Shown: positions 53,316 through 64,000 of the stretch, piece after piece
How the letters are laid out: each line of letters opens with the position of its first letter
How positions within the stretch are numbered: position 1 is the first letter of the stretch
Assembly: GCF_001194135.2 (NCBI RefSeq)
Contig: NC_068981.1
Span: 72,676,775 to 72,740,774 of the forward strand
Length of the DNA: 64,000 bases
Direction of reading: 5' to 3'
Source: Octopus bimaculoides
Taxonomy: Eukaryota
The notes under the pieces: generated by a model
What the model was told of the DNA's origin: nothing
The model's input: the letters and a program-made list of their open reading frames with translations, nothing else
Databases searched by the model: none
Program-made: the position numbers and the translations under genes

Positions 53316-54652
53316 CTAGATAAATTTCACTTGGTGAATATCTGAACACATGTACGAAAACCACGTCTCCAAAATTTCTTGTCTTCCCTCTATCAATGTG
53401 CAGACAATACCACAGATCAAAGAATAATAAGTAAAGAAAATGCAAGCGACGACTGAACAGACTATTAAGACATCAGTAATACTTGATTCGACTTTTTCTA
53501 TGAATTAATTATTGTAGAAATATACTATGTATGTCTATTCCTGCCCGTTCTTAAGAAAACCAACTTTCATGTAGCAGCCACAATCAGACTTATTTTCTCT
53601 ACACCTCGTTATCTTACTTCACACATTTGTTAACAAAGAAGGACTATGTTTTAACATGTTCAATGGGAGTGAACTAGCAGTAATTGATAACATTAGTCTT
53701 TGGCAGAATAATAAACAATAACTAACTATAAATTTTATGTAGACAATTACATCTTTCAATTAAAGTCAAGTTTCAGTCTTTATTACCCCTGACATACGAC
53801 TTTTTAACTCTTATTTCCAGCAATGTAGCTGCTTCGACACACTCAGTCACAATTAGTAATGATTAAAGCTTTCGTTTTTTGGTTTTATATTGCGCCTAGC
53901 TGTTTATATTAATTTATATGTGCATGTGTGTGTGTGTGTGTGTGTGTATACACACACACACATATATATATATANNNNNNNNNNNNNNNNNNNNNNNNNN
54001 NNNNNNNNNNNNNNNNNNNNNNNNNNNNNNNNNNNNNNNNNNNNNNNNNNNNNNNNNNNNNNNNNNNNNNNNNNNNNNNNNNNNNNNNNNNNNNNNNNNN
54101 NNNNNNNNNNNNNNNNNNNNNNNNNNNNNNNNNNNNNNNNNNNNNNNNNNNNNNNNNNNNNNNNNNNNNNNNNNNNNNNNNNNNNNNNNNNNNNNNNNNN
54201 NNNNNNNNNNNNNNNNNNNNNNNNNNNNNNNNNNNNNNNNNNNNNNNNNNNNNNNNNNNNNNNNNNNNNNNNNNNNNNNNNNNNNNNNNNNNNNNNNNNN
54301 NNNNNNNNNNNNNNNNNNNNNNNNNNNNNNNNNNNNNNNNNNNNNNNNNNNNNNNNNNNNNNNNNNNNNNNNNNNNNNNNNNNNNNNNNNNNNNNNNNNN
54401 NNNNNNNNNNNNNNNNNNNNNNNNNNNNNNNNNNNNNNNNNNNNNNNNNNNNNNNNNNNNNNNNNNNNNNNNNNNNNNNNNNNNNNNNNNNNNNNNNNNN
54501 NNNNNNNNNNNNNNNNNNNNNNNNNNNNNNNNNNNNNNNNNNNNNNNNNNNNNNNNNNNNNNNNNNNNNNNNNNNNNNNNNNNNNNNNNNNNNNNNNNNN
54601 NNNNNNNNNNNNNNNNNNNNNNNNNNNNNNNNNNNNNNNNNNATCAAAGTCG

Positions 54653-54736
54653 GCGCACTATTTCCTGCAGAAGATTGGTGTGGAACCCACACTGCGCACT
54701 ATTTCCTGCAGAAGATTGGTGTGGATTCCACACTGC
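54653..54736. repeat. 41-bp tandem repeat (2 visible units) abutting a gap of about 670 nt
   Basis: gcgcactatttcctgcagaagattggtgtgga(ac/tt)ccacact x2. Confidence 0.9.
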
Positions 54737-55374
54737 TGTAGAAAACTAACAAGCCCAAGATCATCGTGGTTGACAGGAGACCACAAAGGGAACTCTTCTG
54801 CAGGTGAAGTCTAATTTAGTTTTCCCCACCCAACTTGGGTGACGAGTACAAGCTAAGAGGTAAAACGCTAGTGACATTGAGATATCGGCTGAAGATACAA
54901 AAAGGTGTCTTAGATTGCGATATCTTTAATCACTCATCCAGAACTTGAAATATTTTTAAGTAGCTCCTACAGTTTCTGCATGTGACAAAGAGTTTTTATG
55001 TTTATTTTACCTGACAAAAACTTACCATGTAACGGATAATGCGAGAAATTTACTTTCGTTTTCGTTGTTTATATCAAGTAACTTTATCTTTCTAAAACAA
55101 TTAAAATTTTAATTTCTTTTCCAATATTTAAGGTGTCTACGTATAATAATGAAATAAATACTTAATTTTTGATATAAATATATTTATTAAAATAATTAAT
55201 TTCGTCTTTGTTTATTTGCAATAAACATGTCTTCGATAACAATAATACGGTTTAATTATCACTTAATTACTGATATAACATATTGATTTATTCCATATAA
55301 GGAAGCGTCTCATTTTTAGCGTGACTAATACTAATAACACTGAGAATTACTAGTATTGATTACAGACAATATAA

Positions 55375-56505
<1,131 letters not shown>

Positions 56506-56539
56506 AGATACTAACAACTACAACAGCCACAATGTGGAT

Positions 56540-56702
56540 GCTTAGAAAAATGTGGGCATTTAAATATTGAACCGGAAGGACGCCAAAAGAGGAGGCGGGG
56601 AACGAAAGATCAGTTGTTAATTGATAAACTAATCAGAAACTGCATGAAACGGATTTGAGAATGACACGGATTGATTGTCGTGAGGCATATGATACGATAC
56701 CC
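56540..56702 (+). pseudogene. Separate R4-type RT fragment (domains 2-3)
   Basis: EGRQKRRRGTKDQLLIDKLIRNC..RIDCREAYDTIP, equivalent to EQKG..GTKDQLLIDK..IDYxKAYDS. Confidence 0.8.
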
Positions 56703-56705
56703 TTT

Positions 56706-56916
56706 TGCTCTTTTACTTGCTTCAGTCATTTGACTGCGGCCATGCTGGAGCACCACCTTTAGTCGAGCAAATCGAACCCAGGTCTTATTCTTTGAAAGCC
56801 TAGTACTTATTCTATCGGTCTCTTTAGCCGAACCGCTAATTTACGGGGACGTAAACACACCAGCATCGGTTGTCAAGCGATGTTGGGGGGACAAACACAG
56901 ACACACAAACACACAC

Positions 56917-56953
<37 letters not shown>
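56706..56953 (-). mobile_element. SINE family C, 3' half, near consensus
   Basis: In-window homology; runs into (CA)n and a gap. Confidence 0.9.
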
Positions 56954-57630
56954 NNNNNNNNNNNNNNNNNNNNNNNNNNNNNNNNNNNNNNNNNNNNNNN
57001 NNNNNNNNNNNNNNNNNNNNNNNNNNNNNNNNNNNNNNNNNNNNNNNNNNNNNNNNNNNNNNNNNNNNNNNNNNNNNNNNNNNNNNNNNNNNNNNNNNNN
57101 NNNNNNNNNNNNNNNNNNNNNNNNNNNNNNNNNNNNNNNNNNNNNNNNNNNNNNNNNNNNNNNNNNNNNNNNNNNNNNNNNNNNNNNNNNNNNNNNNNNN
57201 NNNNNNNNNNNNNNNNNNNNNNNNNNNNNNNNNNNNNNNNNNNNNNNNNNNNNNNNNNNNNNNNNNNNNNNNNNNNNNAAATATCATAAGATAAATATAA
57301 TAAAAAGATTACACGTGTTTCATAACCAATTTTCAAATAGAAAACAAATTTAAATCGATTAAAATCAATTAAAATCAATTGAAATTATCGAAAATAAATT
57401 CTATTCAAAAATATAGCTACTCGTCAGATCGTAAGTAGAACAATAATTAGATATATATCTCAACCAACAATAAGTACCAAATGAATTAATATAAAATACT
57501 TATTATATAAAGATAGAAAAATTATTAAAAAAATATCATAATATCAAAATAATAACCATTCAATAATCATCCCTTCATCCATTATAATAACATGTATATT
57601 ATATACAAAAAACATCTTACATAAGAGGAT

Positions 57631-57760
57631 TAAGTCAATTACATCGACACCCCAGTGCGTAACTGGTATTTATTTAATCGACCATGAAAGTATGAAAGGC
57701 AAAGTCGACCTCGGCGGAAATTGAACTCATAACGTAAATATGGACGAAATCCCGCTAAGT
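57631..57760 (-). mobile_element. SINE family A fragment
   Basis: atgaaaggcaaagtcgacctcggcggaaattgaactc. Confidence 0.85.
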
Positions 57761-57872
57761 AGTGATGCTGGTGGGGGGAAATGATAATACGGATGAAGAT
57801 GTACATATAAGATATTCAACCATTCATCTATCAGAGTACGCGCATTTACGCATACATTCAGGCTGAAACATA

Positions 57873-57927
<55 letters not shown>

Positions 57928-58589
57928 GCACGTATGTACAAACACACAATAAATTGGAGAGAGTAAATACGATATAATTTCTTGTTAGAGATGATTATTG
58001 TTCCCTTACTTTGTGTTTCGTGTAGTCAAAGCTGTTGTCAGACTGCGCATGACTAACAAAAAATTGTAAAATACAAAAAATGCCAACAGAATTTATTATG
58101 AGCATTTAGTTTTTTAAATATATCAATGCAGAAAACTCGGTGTTTATTTACCTAAGGCTGTGTGTTTATTTATCGATGATTCAACTGGATTTTACTTCTC
58201 GTAATTTGCTAAATAAAATTTGTTTCCATGATAGCATTTGTATATTATTTCCGTATTTTGACAACCAATTTAATAGATTACGATATGATATATTATTTTG
58301 CTACACTGTATAACTGGCGATACGTTTCTCCTTTTATGTAAGGTGTGATATGTATAACGACTGACCTGCCGTTATTGATTTGTTCAACACATCGATCTCT
58401 AAATTTCCATACATATCTGGACAATGCTGCTGTGTTTTGCTTTTCCTAATTCCTTAAAGTATATTTATGGTTGAGGAACTCTTTTTTACGGCTCCTCATC
58501 ATGACTTTATTTGGCGTAGACTTCTATGATATATCTATTTGTAACGACGGCGAAAACCCCAATATACATACAACATTACATACCTTTAT

Positions 58590-58622
<33 letters not shown>

Positions 58623-59936
58623 TATATATATCCATATATATACACACACACATACACGCACACACACAAACCCACACGCACACACACACAGATGTTCATA
58701 TGTGTGTGTGTGTGTGTGTGTGTGTGTATTATCCTGCCTATGAAGTGAGCAATGTGACATCATTTGAAGGCTACACCCGTTCTAGGAAGCGCATTGTCCC
58801 CAAGGGGCTATAACCGCATCCGAGAGTCTGGGTCAATAAAGTACAGATAGGGGATTCTATACGTATTCTTTCTACAAGTATAGCTTTGTAACTCCTTACC
58901 AGAAAAAAAAAACACGTATACCGTAGAATTAAAAATATACCTAATTTTTCAAGTCCATTGCGTATATGCACCTATCTATATATATGAAAGCTTGTACACG
59001 CATTGGAATAAATACATCCCTTTCTCTCCACTGACACTTACAAACTTCTGCTTCCCAATTTCCCCGTCCTATATAACCGCTTCTCCTGTATACCTGTACG
59101 CGTAATTTTTGTTTGCATTACTCCACGTACTAAAGGAACACCCAGCCAAAATCTATACATGAAGCTAGGAAGACCGAAGCAAACCACTGTCTGAGGACAG
59201 CTAATAAGCAGAAACTTCGAGTTTTTTTCTTGAAATGTGTGTATATGTGTGTACGTGCATGTGTGTGTGTGTGTGCGTTGTGTGTCTCTGTGGTTTTGTA
59301 TGCATACCTTCCCTGTTTGTATTAAATCATTTGTCTGGTGTCATATCTGCGTCTCTGTTCTTACTTATGATATACTTCATTTAATTACTATAGTAAATGT
59401 TTGCAGACTTCACTATATTTCTCTTCATTTGTTTTGTTTTTTGTTTTTTTTCTTTTCTTTTACGTGTCATTGGTTCACTGCATTCTGCTCTGTCTGTATT
59501 GACAGGCTGACTCTATTTCTCAATAATATTGCAAAAAGATAACATTCCAACATATAAGCTGTTTGTTATTTTGTTTTACAAGTCTATGCTCAATTTGTCT
59601 GGATACTCTCATTGCAAATCTATACACTGATATGTAAATGTGTTCTGATATATGACAGTCATATTTCATAAGACTGCACTGATTTTCTTGATGCTTAACC
59701 TAAGATTAGGTATGATCGAACGCACATACGATAAAAGCGTTCCAATCACGAACACCCTATCTATATTTTCTTGAAATGAATGCATCTAAGACTATATTAT
59801 CAAACGTGTCCTTTCGTTTTCCTAATACTATGGCGTCATTTCAAGGAGAGAATGCTCCTACCTCTTGCAGGTCCCTCTTAGACTCGTTAAGTCGAGGTAA
59901 TTATATTTAAATGAATTAGAATTTGCTCTTTACAAG

Positions 59937-60135
59937 ACAGGTGACGTGTCGCTTAGTGGTTAGGATTATTGGACGTACGATCGTAAGATTGTGGTTTCGA
60001 TTCCTGGACCGCGCGATGTGTTGTGTTCTTGAGCAAAACACTTCATTTTACGTTACTCCAGTCCACTTAGCTGGCAAAAGTGAGTAAGCTTGCGATGGAC
60101 CGACGTCCCGTCCAGGTGGCGGAATATACACACCG
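59937..60135 (+). mobile_element. SINE B-type head and core with a different (V-domain-like) tail
   Basis: After gctggcaaaagtgagtaa it continues gcgatggaccgacgtcccgtccagg instead of the B body. Confidence 0.75.
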
Positions 60136-60327
60136 GGAAGCTGGCATGGCTCGAGAAGGAAATATTTATTTTTATTTCATTACAAGACAGGTTAATGATT
60201 GCTATGTTTCGTATCTTCTTTCCAGAGCTGCTCTGTGTTCATGGCACAGACAGCCGTTAGTGGATAAAATCGCATCGTATATATGCGATGTACAGTAATT
60301 AGTTATATATTGTCACTGAAATCATTG

Positions 60328-60387
<60 letters not shown>

Positions 60388-60500
60388 TGTGTGTAAATAG
60401 TAAGGGATTACTCCAAAATATTTACCGGTTTGCTCACAGTTAAGTATTCAAAATAGGTTGTTAAACAGTTAATATATAAATCCAATAATGTTCTTATATA

Positions 60501-60916
60501 CTCTTTTACTCTTCTACTCTTTTACTTGTTTCAGTCATTTGACTGTGGCCATGCTGGAGCACTGCCTTTAGTCGAGCAAATCGACCCCAGGACTTATTCT
60601 TTGGAAGCCTAGTACTTATTCTATCGGTCTCTTTTGCCGAACCGCTAACTTACGGGGACGTTAACACACCACCATCGGTTGTCAAGCGATGATGGGGGGA
60701 CAAACACAGACGCACAAACATATACAAACACATACATATATATATATACATTTATACGACGGGATTCTTTCAGTTTCCGTCTACCAAATCCACTCACAAG
60801 GCTTTGGTCGGCCCGAGGCTATAGCAGAAGACACTTGCCCAAGATGCCACGCAGTGGGAATGAACCCGGAACTATGTGGTTGGTAAGCAAGCTACTTACC
60901 ACACAGCCACATCCCG
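60501..60916 (-). mobile_element. SINE family C, full length, with (TAAAAGAG)-like tail
   Basis: tRNA-like head, caccttgggcaagtgtct-type core, central (TA/CA)n, conserved 3' half. Confidence 0.95.
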
Positions 60917-61368
60917 TTGGATAATTCTGAGTATATTACCCTAACTATATAGGTTTCCTGGAGTATATAATATCAGCAATAATAATAATAAGGATTATTA
61001 CGAAGTTGCATAGCATTACCTTTGATTCTTAATATATATACAGCTTTACATATATATTAAAAGAATTAAAGGTGATACTATGCAACTTCGTAATAGTCCT
61101 TATTATTATTATTATATATACATGTGTGTATACGCATGTGTGGTTATGTATATTACGCGCGCGCGTGTGTATGCAACATTGTGTTTTAATCTGCATATCA
61201 TCTTAGAGAAGATTTTGCATTGTATAAAATTATTATGTCGTGTCTTAACTACAAGTAGGTTACACAATCATTAAGCAAATGCATGTATTTTTTTATCATT
61301 TTTAACAGGCCGTTCGGGAGGCAGAGATTTGGACTTGGTTGAAGTTTCAGAACGAATTGTCAATATAA

Positions 61369-61556
61369 GAGCTGGTAGAATCCCTAGCAAGCCGGACAAT
61401 ATACTTAGCGGCATTTCGTTCGCCTTCACGTTCTTGGTTCAAATTCCAGCGAAGTCGACTTTGCCTTTCAAATAAGTGCCAATTAAACAATGGGGTCGAT
61501 GAAATTGACTTAACCTCTCCCATGAAAATACTGACCTTGTGCCTGAATTTGAAACC
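61369..61556 (+). mobile_element. SINE family A
   Basis: In-window homology. Confidence 0.85.
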
Positions 61557-61570
61557 AAAACTTACATACA

Positions 61571-61723
61571 TTGGTGTGGTCGTATGATAAGAAGCTTGCT
61601 TCCCAATCACATGGTTCCGATTGCAGTTCCACTGCATGGCACCTTGGGCAAGTGTCTTCTATAGCTTCGGGTCAACCAAAGCCTTGTCAGTGGATTTCGT
61701 AGACGGAAACTGAAAGACGCCCG

Positions 61724-61767
<44 letters not shown>

Positions 61768-61990
61768 GTATAGATTTGTGTGTCTGTGTTTGTCCTCCCC
61801 ATCATTGCTTGACAACCGGTACTGACGTGTTTAGGTCCCCGTAACTTAGCGGTTCTACAAGAGAGACCGATAGAATAAGTAGTATGATTACAATGAATAA
61901 GTATTGGAGTCAATTTCTTTGACTATAACCCTTTAAGGCGGTGCTCCAGCATGACCACAGTCAACGGACTGAAAGAAGTAAAAGGATAAA
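61571..61990 (+). mobile_element. SINE family C, full length
   Basis: Inverted relative to 60501-60916. Confidence 0.95.
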
Positions 61991-62801
61991 AAAATATTGT
62001 AATAGATCTGCTTACTGACCAAAGGATCTACATTGTGTGTGTGTGTGTATGTGTGTGTTTGTGTTTGTGTGTGTCTGTGTGTAGACAGGCGAGGGTGGGA
62101 GAATAGATAGATAGATATCTATATACAAGTGTATACAATTGTATAACTTGGTCGTTAACGAAACCCCGTCGCATATGTTGTTGGTCAATGACTAGTTTTA
62201 TAACAATCTATACTTTTCTTTTTTTTATTTTTCTTGTATTTTTCTTTTTCTTCTGTAGGCTTTTGTTTTTTTTACTTATTTACAACGTCGGTTTCATATG
62301 TAAAATACTTATTTTATATTGCAATCTCTTGTCCTCTGGAGTGGAAATTAATCTCCATTTTCTTACAACTTAGAACTACAATATTGTTTTAATATTGCTT
62401 TTTCAACTTTCGATTTTTTGTGGATCTGCTGTGGCTTCCAAATTCAGTTCTTCCTTGTTTTCCTTTTCCATCAGTATTACATATCCGTACGTACGTACAT
62501 ATGTAAGTACTGGCATACATGAATACGTATACAAATTCATACATACATGCATATATATATACGTATGTACAAATGTGTGTGCGTGCGTACGCGTGTACAT
62601 GCGTCATATTTAATTTCTCTCGAGAATTGGTTTACATTCAGTAATTGACACTAAATAGGTTTGAAGTAACTGCTTATAGTCGAAGACTATAAATATTACA
62701 TTGATGCTATAGTGATGCAATTAACCATAATGGCTTACATATATGTGTGTGTTTGTGTGTGTGTGAGTGAGTGCGTGTGTGTGTATATTGTGTGTGCGTA
62801 G

Positions 62802-62850
<49 letters not shown>

Positions 62851-63422
62851 TGTGTGTGATTGTGTGTGTTTGTGTGTGTACGTATGTATGTATAATGTAC
62901 GTATTAAGTTGTCAGATGAACTCGTTCGTTATTTTCTACGTGACAGCACATCGCTATAGATCTGAAAAGAGGTAAAATTTATTCAAATATTAGAAACTAT
63001 AAACAACAGTTGCAGAAGAAGAATAACCCTACACAACCCATAAAACACTCAGAGGAAAATATTTGTCATATTAATTCGGGTAACATTGGAAAGGATTAAA
63101 ATAAATGGTGAGGAGTAGGGAAGGAAAAAAACGAACTTATCAGAATCCAAACAACTGCGTCTAATCATCTTATCTCTTCTTGAAATTAGTGTTTATTATG
63201 AAGTGAAAAAATGTTTCGTCACACTTTTGTGGCCTACCCTGAATACAATTCCGGTGTATCAGTTACAATTCAGTGACGGAAAGCTTTTATAAGTCGCAGA
63301 GTCTATCATTCCCTTCATTTATTTTTGTATGTTCTCCTTTCTGTTTTCTTTTGTTTATAACTTTTGTTAACATCCATTTAACTTAAAATATTATAGTTTA
63401 ACATAAAATGTAATTACAAAAC

Positions 63423-63633
63423 AGCGAAATGGCAGAATCGTTTGCATGTCAGGCAAAAATGCTTAGCTGCATTTCGTCCGTCTTTTTGTTCTGAGTTCAA
63501 ATTCCGCCGAGCTTGACTTTGCCTTTCATCCTTTGGCGGTCGATAAAATAAGTACTAGTTGAGTATTGGGATCGATATAGCGGACTTATCACTTCCTTCA
63601 AAATTACTGGCCTTGTGCCAACGTCTCAAACCA
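63423..63633 (+). mobile_element. SINE family A, full length
   Basis: In-window homology. Confidence 0.9.
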
Positions 63634-63968
63634 ATATATATTATAAATATTATATTTTGGTATGCTTTTATCTTGTATGAAAGCGAATACAACTTTCTTT
63701 TACTTGAAAACTAGACCATGTATTCATCTACAATCAGAATGAGGTAACAGTAATCAACAATACTTAAGGAATGCGTATCGCCCCATCATTAATCAGTTTT
63801 ACACGTTCTTTCCAAGCACTGTTGTAAACAGCGGGAGTGAGCTAGAACGTTAAAACTTAGTGCGCAAGCACAGCAGAGTTCTAGATCAATATTTACCAAG
63901 CGGTTTCACTCTATCTGCTTTAGTTTCGTTACTATGGCAAAAGTCCGGATACTTATTGATCAGACGTC

Positions 63969-64000
<32 letters not shown>

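Noticed and set aside
54653-54736. CRISPR-like hairpin repeat
   Set aside because: Units are contiguous with no spacers, the context is eukaryotic and there are no cas genes.

Overview
AT-rich eukaryotic (metazoan) draft-scaffold DNA with 17 N-gaps (about 4.7 kb in total), almost all flanked by (TA)n, (CA)n or (GA)n microsatellites. The SINE families, microsatellite density and LINE spectrum look like an octopus (coleoid cephalopod) genome; this is inference from recognised repeats and was not searched. No intact long ORF is present: most ORF-track entries are gap or microsatellite artefacts. The window is a patchwork of (i) dozens of tRNA-headed SINE copies from at least three modular families (my labels A, B, C), (ii) decayed LINEs (several R4/Dong-type RLE fragments, one RTE, one CR1/L2-like), (iii) two internally deleted mariners, a Tigger/pogo-like element and two kinds of foldback MITE, and (iv) Penelope-type ends carrying hammerhead-ribozyme motifs. 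Several short minus-strand segments with canonical, phase-compatible splice sites suggest the window is mostly intron of a large unidentified minus-strand gene (low confidence). Most notable: hammerhead motifs, one of them inside a tRNA-headed retroposon; a MITE with a 9-bp TSD enclosing head-to-head telomere-like arrays; an RLE retroelement fragment sitting in (TACA)n; and candidate micro-exons.
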